Assembly (NCBI GenBank): GCA_026026165.1
Contig: JAPEUD010000054.1
Span: 124,001 to 172,749, forward strand
Direction: 5' to 3'
Origin: Sarea resinae
Taxonomy: Eukaryota
Length of the DNA: 48,749 nucleotides
Position numbers and translations under genes: made by a program. The notes under the pieces are model-generated. The model was given only the letters and a program-made list of their open reading frames with translations. It was not told the DNA's origin and did no database searches. This document shows positions 25,001 through 37,245 of the stretch, one piece after another (the stretch's first letter is position 1; the number at the start of each line of letters is the position of its first letter).

Positions 25001-27073
25001 ACTGATCCCTGAGCAATAACTTCTTCTGTGGCATCCTTGGGCGTAACAATTGAGCTCTCGCCAGATATAGCATGAGACACTGGTCGAGAATCCGACTCTT
25101 TAGCTTTCTCTAGACCGTCATTTCCTCCAAAGACGTCCGGTTTCTGAAGCTCTGAACTGGTAAGACTCGGTAGCCTAGTCATACTCAAAGGTTTTGAGGG
25201 GACGCCAGGAGCTGATGCACGTGTGAGCCCACCTGTGTTGATGTCATGGATACCAGTAGCGCCTTTCCCCAGGTCGACACTGGCTCTAGACTGCTTCGCC
25301 TTGTTGATTTCGGCCATCCAGCTGGGTTGTTGGGGTGGAGCTGCTTTGGGCTTTGGAAGGTCCGGTTTGTTGAGGGCACTCTCAAGCCAGCTGGCCTTGG
25401 TGGGGCTCCAGCGCTTTGATTCGTATGTCTTCGTAGGACTTGCTGGAGGAGTACTATGTGGGTGTGTCTTCCCTTCGGCAGTTGCTACTGACCGAGTACG
25501 AGTATGTTGTGGCAACGCCGGCTTGACGAAGTCAGCATCTGATATTGAATTCAGCTTCTCTTCCGATACCTCTGAGGTAGTCGATTTGTCATTCGACTTT
25601 TCAGTCTCCTTGGGATCCTGCTTTACAGTAGCTGAACTATGACTGGAGCCCGGTCGAGAATTGGGATGCGGCGAAGTTTCGCGGCTAAGGCTACTACCCC
25701 TAGACTCATTGATGTTCGAAGTCATGGGCCCAACTAACCCGGCAAGCCCGTCGCGAGACCCGCTGTAGCCGCTTCGGTTGCTCGTTATAGAATTCCCGCG
25801 GCTTAGTCCCGATCCGGCTTGTGCGCTCCATCTCTTGTTGACACTATCCGAGCGTTTGAGCATTGCGCTCTGGACGAAACCACCTAAGCCTTTTGTCGGT
25901 GATGTGGGCCGCTCTGGCGAAATGCGTCCTTGGGCAGGTGACATCGCCAGTGTTCGGCCAGTACTCGATTGATCGGTACCATGGTTGGTAGTGGCATCGG
26001 ACGATGGAGGTTCGAATTTCTGAGAACTAGAGATCGGCAAGGCCGATCGCTTTTCGATTCCGCTCATAGTAGACTGAGAGGAAGTGCTGGAGTATCGATT
26101 GGTCCAACCAGCACTGCCGCGGATAGAATTCGTCGACGCAACTCGTGAACTCGAAGAAGTATTGTCTGAAGGAGAGACCGACTCGGCCTGAGATTCCGGC
26201 GTCGATTCGCGGGACATCCCAGGTAATCGAAGTCTTCCCTCTGCAGCCATCGAGCTCAGAGGAGGGTCTTCACTTCGCCTGTAAGCAGCAGAGCTGGCTC
26301 CTCTGTCCGGTGTTTGTCTGAACCAGGAGGGATCTTTCGAAGCCAAAGACTTCCTAATCTGATTTGTTGTATCGTCACTCTCTGAGACGGAGGTGGCTTG
26401 AAGAGCTGGACTTGTCGACCTGCTAGAAGCTTTCTCCACGGCCACTGTGGAAGCCGGACGAGGGCGCACACCCGATGAAGCCTGGGAGTTTGGGCGACGC
26501 TGCCAGGAGAGTGCGCCGGTTCGTGATAAGGCTGGTGGGGTGTTTCGAGCACTGGGTGATGCAATGAAGGAATCTGCGGGTGTTGTGTCGCGCGTTGGAG
26601 TTTTCTTTGAGTGCGTCCCGTCCTCTGCAGAAGGCGTCCCTGTCAAGCGGTCTAAGGTGCTTTTCACGTCTGCATCGCGCGAGAGCGACTGTGAGGATGA
26701 CGGACGAGCATCCATGGCCGATTTGGTAACTTTGTCTTGTGACGGCGTGTCGAATGGTGATCCTAGAGATTGGGGTGTACCGACGTTGGATGGAGAGTCC
26801 TTGGTCGGAGAAATCGACCTGGCTCGTTCTGTTGTCCAATGCAGCAGGTTAGCACCCAGCAGCAAGTGACTGTGACTGTGCTTGTCCTATCGTGCAGCTG
26901 ATGTACTGACCTGCCCTTCGAGCTTGCCTCTCTTTTCGGCCCTGCAAGATCTCCTCCTCTAACTTCCTCGTGCGCTCCTCATCTTCCTTATCCCGCTTGT
27001 CCCCGAGCTCACGGATACGCTGGAGGAAATCATTGACATCCTCGGAGCCATCGTGACTGACCGTGCTGGACAT
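22020..27073 (-). CDS. Large gelsolin/villin-repeat protein with long disordered Ser/Pro-rich region (DUF4045-type); exons 27073..26911, 26828..22361, 22290..22020
   Basis: N-terminal coiled coil EDVNDFLQRIRELGDKRDKEDEERTRKLEEEILQGRKERQARRAERARSISP; motif SPTKGLGGFVQSAMLKRSDSVNKRWS; C-terminal gelsolin-like segments (YQWIG, IRQGKETANFFQALGG, LWKGKGS, DEGHEPPAFF, VYVVDAFFEIYIVVG). Final exon (…AQEYGILAASLEDRPFVP…ATRRS*) found by hand. Confidence 0.88.
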
Positions 27074-27642
27074 ATTGAATAAGCCACACGCTGCTTTCCA
27101 CCCACAAGGCGGGGTAAACAAAATGTTGTCGAGAGACTCATCGAATTTCTGGTGGTGAAATACATCCACAATATCTACAGCCAGGAGTCGGGTACCTTAC
27201 TTTGTACGCTTTCTCCATTGAGTTGTCCTACCTACGTAAGGTGTACTTGGCACAGCACACTGGATACTGCAGGGCACAAGTATCTTTGGGACGAGTACAG
27301 CTTGACTTGCAATCCTGCTAATGTGACGTCCCCTTTCCATGGCTCAATTCGAGCTGTTCGTGAAATTCATTAATTCTTCCAGTATCTATCTCTATACACA
27401 GCATCTTTCCGCCTTGTGTCCCATCCTCAAGGCTCGAATTGGATGGAGTTGAGCATCTACAGCTGCTATGTCGTTGTTATTTGTGTCTCGCCAACTGCTT
27501 CTCTCGCGTTCGGCTGTGGACGCGCTTCCTTCGACACGCTAGGCCGTTGCATGTTCAGTCTGACCGTGTAACTTCGTACTCATCTACTCCAGAGTAAGTT
27601 GCGGTCCTTGGAGAGCACGGCGTAGCCCCGGAGGTCGATCAA

Positions 27643-28479
27643 TTAATATAGAAAGAGTCTGTCTTTAGCATCTTGAACCACCCATTCAAGACCCTCTCGA
27701 AGGTTAGAACCAGTCATGGCACTGCAAGACAAGATTGCCCATTTGTGCGTTTTGATCATGTCAAGTCGCAGTCCCTAGGGATATGACGCTTGTCGTTAGT
27801 CGCGAGATCCTTCCTGCCCAAAGGACCATCGGATCGGATGGATACGGTTATAATACCTCTCGAGTCTCCTCCTCACTCATACAACCCACCACGTCGGTTT
27901 TATTCAAGAAGACCAGCAAACTAGCCCCAACGAGCCGCTTCGATAGGCGGCAATGTTAGTTTCGCTGATGGATATATCGACGACTTCACTTACTTCCTCC
28001 AGCAGCAATGCCGCCAGTTCGTCTCTGCAGTCATCAATTCGTAATCGATCGGTAGCGTCCACCACCCAGATCAATGCATCAGTCTTCTCGAAGTAATTCC
28101 TCCAATACGATCTCAGCGTCTTTTGTCCTCCTACATCCCCTTCTCAGACCTGCCGTTAATTTTGACATGATGGTTGGATGGCGGACATGCATTACATATG
28201 TTCAGTTTGTAGCTTTTTGATTTCTCATTAGTTCGTATGTTGAAAAGATGATTGACCACGCTTACCCTTCAAAATCAATAGTATTTATGATGAAGCCCAA
28301 AGTCGGACTGACGGTGCTGACATCCTCGTTCATAATCCTCTTGACTATGGTGGTCTTTCCGGCATTGTCCAATCCCCTGGTGGATTAGTTTCATCAAGTC
28401 AAAGAAGGCAAGATGCTTACAGCATCAATATCCGCATTTCCTTCTCCTTCAAACGCGCCTTGCGCAGAATCGACAGCAT
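27643..28479 (-). CDS. ARL2: ADP-ribosylation factor-like GTPase Arl2/Cin4/Alp41, 181 aa; exons 28479..28421, 28376..28266, 28212..28196, 28139..27994, 27937..27857, 27774..27643
   Basis: Spliced product [29 protein letters not shown]...SPTLGF...[33 protein letters not shown]...NKTD...SCSAMTG...[13 protein letters not shown]. All G-boxes present; exon lengths sum to 546 nt. Confidence 0.95.
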
Positions 28480-29108
28480 GTCTGACAATGTGTGCCCGCT
28501 GTTTGATAGAACGCTTGATCTTTTGTCGGCCGATGTGCAGGTCAGAGGGTCTCGGCTCGCTATTGATTCTCGTGGAAAGAACCTTGGGTCGGTCGGGGCC
28601 TCTCTAGCGTTCGGGTGCATCCAGCGGCAGAGACTGAGATGAATCCATCCAGCATCAATCCCCTACCACAACCACACTTCCCAATGAATGTTCTGTTTGC
28701 ATTTCAACACGCGAACACTATCACGTGCTCCGATAACGGCCCTTTGTTGAAAAGACAGGATATTCACGGCGAAGCCTGCAATAGGACTGTATGCCCAGGC
28801 TTCCGTAGGTATTTGGATATGCTTCACTTTCAAGTGTCGAGTGACGTTTGCCGCTCTTCTTGTTTTTCTTCTGCATTGCTTCGTTCTCAACCCCCGCTCG
28901 ACTCTTTCGACTGCTATCCTGCCTCGCGATCACGAAAAAAGGTACCAAGAGCAAGACACCAAGAGCAAGTCAGCATCACATATCTAAAAGTGAACGCATC
29001 TATATTACGGGGCTGAAACCTCACTCATCTTGTGGGGTGTGTTGTCTCCGTTTTGTTTGTCTCCCAGTGACGTTATATGCCACTACCAGGAGAACTCAAG
29101 ACAGCAAT

Positions 29109-32100
29109 ATGACTGCAGACGATACTACACTTGCCATGGTAGTATCATCCTCTACCATCGCGATCATTCCGGAGGATGCCACAATAAGAAAGAAGTCCAA
29201 GCGGCGATCTAAATTGAAGAAGGACCAAGATAACAATAGTCTCTCTCCGACCTCGATATTGACCTCTCTAGCCACGTCGGTCCACCCTCAAGAAAAAACA
29301 GCTCCCTTAGAGGGAGCTGAGCAAAAAGCAGCCCGGAAACGCTTGAAGAAGAAGGCTTCCAACCAACGAAAGAAGCTGAAGAGATTGTCACTTCAGAACA
29401 AAGACGATCATGGTCTCACTGCCGTTCATGTACTTCCATCCGCGTTCAGGAAAAAGCATGGCGAGACTAAGAAGCACCTGGTTATTCATGAGGAACCCCA
29501 TGGTCAAGAACCCAAGGAGCATGTTACTGCAGAGCAAAATGTGTCAGAGCCTCTCTTCTCAATGGATATATCAGAGACCGACTTGGATCACATTGGCTCT
29601 GATACTAGTGCTGTAAACGTTCGCGTGAAAGATGATTGTTCTGTCATGGGTGCAAGTGCAGATGCGAGAGAGAAGGCTTGTCCAAGTGGAGATGGGGGCC
29701 GAGACAGTGAAGGCCAGACTCCGCTTGGGGCAGCCATCAAGACACCAGGTAACGCCGACAGCAGTGTTCAGGAGAAGCATGTCGCTTTTGCAGAGATTAC
29801 TGTCAGCCCCAGTGAATCAGCACCCCTACATAATACACTTGAGATTGAAGTCGTTGATAAAGCTGACTCTGAAGACTCTGGCGAATTGACTGTGGCTGCT
29901 GCTCCCCCCAAATCTGTGCTTGTGGATGCCGAATCACAATCCCAATCTCCACAATCTCTACAATCACTAAAATCACAGGAACAGGCTCTCCAGCTCATTC
30001 TCACTAGCAAGATTGAGAGACTGGCCCGGAGCATGTCGTCCGAGATTGAGCAGCGTGGCGGCCCGTCCCGAACCTGGCCTTCTACAGGTAAGTTCCGGCA
30101 ACTCGCTCATGAGCGGAACAGTCAGGGCAGCGGCATCGATCTGAGCACGAACGCAGGCTTCCGCTCAACCAGAACCATCCCCGTCCAACCTCGTTCACGT
30201 CCCGAGGGGCTGAGGTATGATCTCGAAGCAAGGATAGATTCACCCCTCAACCCCACTCCTCGTCCTTCTCACAACTATAGAGTGGCGCCTTCCATCAATA
30301 CGCCTACTTCTGAGGCTCCACATCGCACGCATCCGAGCCCATCAGTGGGACCTGCCGTCTCGTCTACGCAGCAGAGCTTGCTGTCATTGCCTGAAGCTCC
30401 GGCTGAGCAGGAAGGTCCCGTCTACCTGCCCCCCCACCTGAGAAAGCCATCACCTGTCGCACGACTGTTCGACCCAGACACCTCTTCAATTCCCCCAAAC
30501 ATGTCCTCATCCAAGCCTCAAGAGTCTTCGGCCAGATCTGGCCAAGGCTCAAAGGACATTCAGATCATCACTCGATCGGGTAAACCTCAACAGATACTTC
30601 AGCAGGCAATAAACCGGAAACGGGGTGCCTCGGCTGGGGCACTTAAGAACAATGGTCAAACCTTGCGCACTCAGACAGCTCCGCCTACTTCGAATCTCAA
30701 TGCGAGCAGTGCAGATCTAACAACTAGCATCACACCCAACGCCACTCAATTAGAACACAGCTCTACTGCAGATCACCTGTTGAGTGAACTTGAAGTCAAC
30801 ATGAGAGTCGTCACCTATCCCGATGAGGTTCATGAGGCAAAGCCTCAGCATCTAACTTCATCACCTGCTGCGAGCTCACCAGTCGCGGAGACCGTGCCGC
30901 CCAAATATGCTTCTCAAGCATCCCAGACGAAAGAATCAACGTCTCGGAACCAATCAAAGACTTCTTTTGGAATGCAGGCTTATCCAAGAGCTGGGAGAAA
31001 CAACAATAAATGGGCTCGCGCACGCGACTTGAAAGCCAAACCCGAAAAGTTCGAAAACGAAAGTGACGCATACGCGAGTGATATTCCAAGCGTTGCTGAG
31101 GCCGATATTGGATCTGACAAAGCCCGAGAAAAATCAATCTCGCCGGAGGATGACAACCATTTCCAGCATCAATTGGCTGGTTGGGATGGAGACTGGGCCC
31201 CAGCGCCTGTCGAATGGGATGGACGCCCGGCCTTTGCGGACACCAAATTTCACGAACGCGTCGATAGTTGGATGGCGCCGCTTATTCAACTCCCGAAATC
31301 TCCAGTGAACGTGCTGGATCCCAAATTTAAGGAAGGCATTGCCCATACGGGTGGAAGCGGAGAGTTGATTGCCCCTCCTGACGCTCCTCCGGAAACAAGC
31401 ATTGATCCTGAAGATGCTTTCTCAGGCCTACATATCATGCAAACCGCCAACACAGCGGCGTTGGAGTATAGCAACCTGGTCCTGCGCCATGAAAGAGACC
31501 GAAAGATGGAGAGAAAGGCCATGAGAGCGACCCTTGCTAGGCGTGACGCGAATTACGTCCCCGCTCCAAATCCCCATGCCCCGAAGGTCAATATCTACAT
31601 TCGTCCTGGGGTGCTTTCGGATATTCCTCAGCTTACAGCCCTCTATCGCCATTTTGCGGAACGCTCGGTTTATGTCGCAGAAACATCTATTACTGAGCAT
31701 CAAATTCGCAGCCGATTTGAGGATGTACGCTCCAGCAAGATGCCATGGATAGTCGCTGTCAAACGCAACACTACAAAGGGCCAACACCGTCATCAACATC
31801 ATGAGATTATCGTTGGCTATGGTTTCGGGGAAGACTACCATTCTCCAAAGGATGCCTATCGCTATAGTGCAGAAATCGAACTATATGTTCATCATCAGTA
31901 CCGTAAACTGGGTGTCGGCAAATGTCTCTTAGACAAGCTGATGAGCCTTCTTGACTCAGCTCACCTGGAACGTGGCGGGTACGACTGGGTTTGCAACGAC
32001 GTCAACGGCGAATACGGGCCAGGTGGTACACGCGTCATCGGAACCGTCATTTGCAGCATTGCTCACCTTGGTAAAGATAAGACCGAGATCGACTGGATCA

Positions 32101-32297
32101 AGAAGTGGCTGGAGCGTTGGGAGTTCGTTCAGGTTGGTACTCTTACCAGAGTGGGTTGGAAGTTTGACAGTCCGTAAGTATTGACAGCCTCAAGGGCACG
32201 CCCTATCTGACGTGAGTATGCTAATGCTTCTAGTGTTGATGTTGCCATCCTTCAACTGACCACTGGCGTTCGCATTGAACCCAATCGCGGAATGTAA
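29109..32297 (+). CDS. Large protein with disordered N-terminus and C-terminal GNAT N-acetyltransferase domain; exons 29109..32173, 32234..32297
   Basis: GNAT motifs IRPGVLSDIPQLTALYRHF, IVGYGF, YRYSAEIELYVHHQYRKLGVGKCLL, FVQVGTLTRVGWKFD. Intron 32174..32233 (GTAAGT...GCTAAT...TAG) gives PVDVAILQL...GM*. Start codon uncertain (first in-frame ATG used). Confidence 0.8.
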
Positions 32298-32998
32298 AGG
32301 AGCTTGATTGCATTGGAGACACTCTTGTTACCAGATGACGGAAGCAAGAAACGATACTTTCTGACTATCCCCCCCCCCCCCCAATTTTTCTTCTCATTTG
32401 CGCTGTCGGCCTCAATCGTCAGCATCTGAGCAAGACAGCCAACAGATTCTTACGAGCGTGCGATCTACAGAATTTCCTTTTTTCCATAAAAGTTGCGTGC
32501 ATATGTCTTTTTCTCATTGATATCAGGTCTTGTGTCATCTCGCTGGAACATCGACGCGAGATTGAGCTACCTAGTCGAAAGACCCACCTGCATTTGAGTG
32601 AGATTAGATTTCGCGCGCTTCTAGCAATCCAATAGACAATCAAAGACAGGGACGACCGCTTCCGTGATGATGCAATGTTGGTTTGTAGAAAACATTCCAG
32701 TCGTCCTCGACGAGTCCCCTGGAGAGTCAACGCTGGTGACTTCCATACCTAGGCTCTCGCTTGGGTGTCTTCACCGCCCGGCAATTCGCCTCGCTTCGGG
32801 CTTAGCGCATCTGCGGATAAAGATTTGCCTACCTCTCGACCTAGTCCCTGAAGTCTTCGAGGTCCAGTATTCCGAGTAGATACCTGTAGGTATTCGGATT
32901 TTCGGTATCGACTTTTCCTTAGCACTCATTCGCATCTGCTTTTCATGAAGGTCGTCTCAGCGAATTCTGCAACTCACCAACTAGCGCTCATTGCTGCG

Positions 32999-35542
32999 AT
33001 GGCGCCCCTGCAGAAGCGGCAGCGCAATGAGGACGACTTTGTCATGACTATTGCTGACGATGAAGGAGATGTCCTCGATCTTGACGGAGAAGATACACCA
33101 GAAGCCGAGGACACGGCACCCAAAACGAAAAGCAAGGGCGGAAACAAGCGCAAGCGAACGGAAGGACAAAATACTGAAGAGCTTCGATCGAAAGGAAAAA
33201 AGAGTAAGAAGTCGAAAAAGGCTGGCCAACAATCCAGTCCCCCAGCGTCCGAGGATGAGCTCGATGAGGGGGCATGGACAGCGAAAGGCCGGGAAGACGG
33301 AGCTATTGACTCCGATTTTGAGTTTGACGTCGGGGGTGTCGACTCTGGTGTTGTGGATGATTTTGACGGTTGGGGTCTTGGTTCTACAGAAAATAGATCC
33401 AATACTGCTGGAGATAAAAAGGCGGTGGACATCGACGAAATTATTGCTAGACGAAGGGGTGGTAAAGGCCTTGTTGCAGATAAGCCCAATGGAGATGCTA
33501 AGCCTGACACCTCTCAGAAGCATGGTGATGATGAAGGGTCTGACGGCGAAAATGGCTTTGCCGGGTTCGACGTTGAGGATGATGAGCTTTTGGCGGAAGA
33601 TGGCTTTGGAATGGGAGCTGCTGAGGAGGATGAGGAAGCCGGTGAAGATGATGATGCGATAAGCGTTGGGAGCGGCTCAACAGGCTCAGGGGGTGAAGAA
33701 GGAGCTGATTCGGATGACGAATCCGTAGCTGCTCCAGTCGCCCACCCGGATGATCTGGAATCCGGAGCCTCCTCCGAGGACGAAAAGGAGGACCCGGTAG
33801 AGCAGGCTCGTCGAGAGGCCTTTTTCGCACCGGAGGAGAAATTGGACGGATCAAAGCCGTCTAAAGAAGCCTCTTCCCGTTCTTTCCAGAGCATGTCACT
33901 CTCACGGCCCATTTTGAGGGGTCTTGCGTCGGTGGGCTTCTCTGAACCTACGCCTATCCAGGCAAAAACTATTCCTGTCGCACTACTGGGGAAGGACATT
34001 GTAGGAGGAGCGGTCACGGGCTCCGGGAAAACAGGTGCTTTCATCATACCAATCCTCGAACGACTACTCTATCGGCCGAAGAAGGTTGCAACGAGCAGGG
34101 TGGCAATTCTGATGCCGACGAGAGAACTGGCTGTGCAGTGTTTCAACGTGGCCACGAAGCTGGCCAGCTTCACGGATATCACATTCGTCCAGCTGATCGG
34201 AGGGTTCAGCCTGAGGGAGCAAGAGAACCTACTGAAGACCAGACCGGACGTGATTATCGCCACGCCCGGTCGGTTCATTGATCACATGCGAAACTCGGCC
34301 AGCTTTGCCATCGACACGCTTGAGATCCTCGTCCTGGATGAAGCGGATCGAATGCTCGAGGATGGTTTTGCCGACGAGCTCAACGAGATTCTCACTACGA
34401 TCCCCAAGTCCAGACAGACTATGCTCTTCTCGGCCACCATGACCGACACTGTAGATAAGCTCATTCGAGTTGGCTTGAACAGGCCCGTGCGGTTGATGGT
34501 TGATGCCAAGAAGCAGACTGTGGGCACGCTTGTCCAGGAATTCGTCCGACTGCGACCGGGCCGAGAAGACAAACGGTTGGGCTATCTCATGGTCTTGTGC
34601 GAGAAGTTCTACACCGACCGGGTCATCATCTTCTTCCGGCAGAAGCGTGAAGCGCACCGAGTGAGAATCATATTCGGGCTGTGTGGGCTCAAGGCAGGCG
34701 AGTTGCACGGAAGCATGAGTCAAGATCAGGTCAGTGGCATTTCTAACAGCTTTGTGTGCGACGACATGTACTGCACTGTTTACTGACTCTTGAGCCTACA
34801 GCGTATCAAAAGCGTCGAGGCCTTCCGCGACGGAAACGTCTCCTTTCTCCTCGCCACCGATTTAGCCTCCAGAGGTCTCGATATTAAGGGCGTGGACGCC
34901 GTCATCAACTATGAGGCTCCGCAATCTCACGACATCTACCTGCATCGAGTGGGTCGTACCGCGCGTGCGGGACGGACAGGAAGAGCATGCACCTTGGCGG
35001 CGGAGAACGATCGCAAAGTAGTCAAGCAGGCAGTCAAAGCCGGGCGAGCGCAGGGAGCCAAGATCGTCAGCCGAGTCATCGAGCCGAGCGTGGCAGATGC
35101 CTGGGCCAAGAGGGTCGAGGAGATGGAGGACGAGGTCGAGGAGATTATGAAGGAGGAGAAGGAGGAGAAGCAGCTGGCTCAGGTGGAGATGCAGGTCCGT
35201 CGCGGTGAGAACATCATGACGCATGAGGAGGAGATCATGTCACGCCCGAAGAGGACCTGGTTCGAGAGCGAGAAGGATAAGCGTGCGGCCAAGAAAACGG
35301 GCAGGGCGGAGCTCAATGGGCCAGATGCCGCTGGCGTCAAGAAAGAGAAGAAGAAGTTGAGTAATAAGGATAAGAAGCGCCTGGATGACCGGGAGGCGAG
35401 GCAGGAGGGCAAGGTATGGAAGAAGGGGAGGGCAGAACGATCTGGGAAGGGTGTCCTCGAGACAAAATCATCTGGAAAGGCGAAAAACACCAAGAGCTCG
35501 AAGCCACCGTCCTTCAAGTCGAAGGGTAGGCCACGGAGGTAG
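32999..35542 (+). CDS. DRS1: Nucleolar DEAD-box RNA helicase Drs1/DDX27; exons 32999..34729, 34802..35542
   Basis: DDFVMTI N-terminal motif, acidic N-terminus, Q motif [57 protein letters not shown], Lys-rich tail. Intron 34730..34801. An upstream in-frame ATG exists at 32945. Confidence 0.95.
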
Positions 35543-36018
35543 AGGGAATTGTCAGTATAACTCATCAGTGTATTACGAAGATGGATGATCAATGGCAGAA
35601 CGTATTTTCGAGTCACTTAGCATAAGTTCACCTACGGCCAATTCCCAAACCGCCAAGTAGCCACTCAATGCAAGTGAGATTGTGACGTTATCGTTTCTGA
35701 GGTCTGATGTTACTTTACATGCTCACTGCGCCTTGCCTTGCTTTAGATGTCACAAATGGAGTAGTGTATACGCGATATCTCTATCAATTGTTTTCAGTAG
35801 TCCAGCCCGAAACTCCAATCCGCAGAGTCCGGCATTCGGATCTACACAGCACTCCAAGAGGGTCACAGTCCACTTTACCGGCTCTCTCATAGAGCCTTGG
35901 TGGGGTCTTGACCGGTCACAGGCCCAGGCGGTCCAGTCCGGTCAAAAATGGGTCGTTGACAGCCCGATGTTTGGCCGTTCATCGATAGATTGCAACTGAT
36001 CGTTGAATTTGAGGTTCA

Positions 36019-37245
36019 TCATAATTTGGACGCCGGGCTTCTACCCGAAATTGCGCTCGAACGCTGCTTGAGGCGCACCACTCCCTAAGAATCGGTGAGC
36101 CAGGAAATTATCTCAAAAAGCCGAATGTCCAGACCTCTTGTACGCAGGTTGCGATCAATTTTCCCTCTCTGGTGAATATTCGCTGCATAACGAGGCCTCT
36201 GCCGTCTCCAGCCCACGGCGTCTCCATCTCCGTGAAGAGCCAGTCGTCCGCCCTGAAGGCCTTGGGATTATGAAAATATATCGTATGGTCTAGACTGACC
36301 ATCATACCGAGTTGAGGCCTTCCCTCGTCGGCGACATGCGATTGATGAGCAGCTTTGTTTTCAGTGCTCGAAGCCGACTTGGAGCCAAGTCCAGACGTAT
36401 TGGGCTTTGCAGGTACAGGCAACCGCCCTATACCGTGGACACGTTGTACGGTGCCTATGAAGTAAGAGTCTGACATGTAAGCTAGAGCAGAAAGATGCGC
36501 TTCGTGGCCACCGTCGGGTGAGATGGTTCCGCGAGCCTTGATCCAGCGGTATATTTTCTTGTCCGGTGCATTGGGCTGGTCGATTTCTGACTCAGTTAGC
36601 AAAGTGCTCCCCATCAGAGTCTCTAGAAGACTGTACCACTCGAAACTTGATACGGTTGGCTCTGTATTGGAGCCCCGAGGTCTTCGGGAGATCGCGATTG
36701 CTCTTTTCCTTCAATGGGTCCCGGGAAGTCCGGCATGCCTACTGCGTGTTCCACAACTTCCTTGCCCCCACTTCCGTCTCTCACGAAACTCATGGTGACA
36801 GTGAAGATACATTTCCCTCTTTGACGAGCCTGTACGGTCCGAGTGATGAAGCTTTTCCCTTCCCTGACGTGCTCCACGTGATAAATGACGGGTATCTCAG
36901 AGTCGCCAGCGAGGACAAAATAGCAATGCATAGAATGGACAGAGTAGGGCTTAGGCACAGTGCGGTGAGCAGCACTCAAGCACTGCGCTATCACGGCACC
37001 GCCATAGATGCCTCGAGCGCCTGGTGGATGCCATAAAAGCCTTGTATTGGTGAAGATATCCTGCCGAAGATATTCAAGATTAGCAATGTGAGCCATCTCT
37101 AGGAAGTACTGTCAATGCCGAAGGCGTTGGAACATCTACTGACCGGGCCTATATCTGACAACGGCGTCAAGTCCAGAATATTCTCGATTGGGGCCTTGGA
37201 CGTATCAATTGGTGGCGGATCCGTGAGGGTCGCACGGTCAGTCAT
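36019..37245 (-). CDS. TES1: Peroxisomal acyl-CoA thioesterase II (TesB/Tes1/ACOT8 family), C-terminal PTS1 SKL; exons 37245..37144, 37060..36637, 36586..36135, 36084..36019
   Basis: LWHPPGARGIYGGAVIAQCL, HSMHCYFVLAGD, VREGKSFITRTVQARQ, LAYMSDSYFIGT, MMVSLDHTIYFH, TCVQEGVVRL; last exon ends ...SPASKL*. Confidence 0.92.

Noticed and set aside
30088..30125. GTAAGT donor-like site inside the GNAT gene ORF
   Set aside because: Nearest acceptors give introns under 40 nt that break the frame; the ORF is already open through it.
32664..32760. GTGATGA box C followed by AACATTCCAGT and CCTAGG, superficially like U14 snoRNA
   Set aside because: The U14 18S-complementary domains are not matched and no properly placed box D or terminal stem follows.
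32974..35616. Long antisense ORFs over DRS1 (and similar ones over the reductase, GH55 and CPS1)
   Set aside because: Shadow frames caused by codon bias of the real genes.
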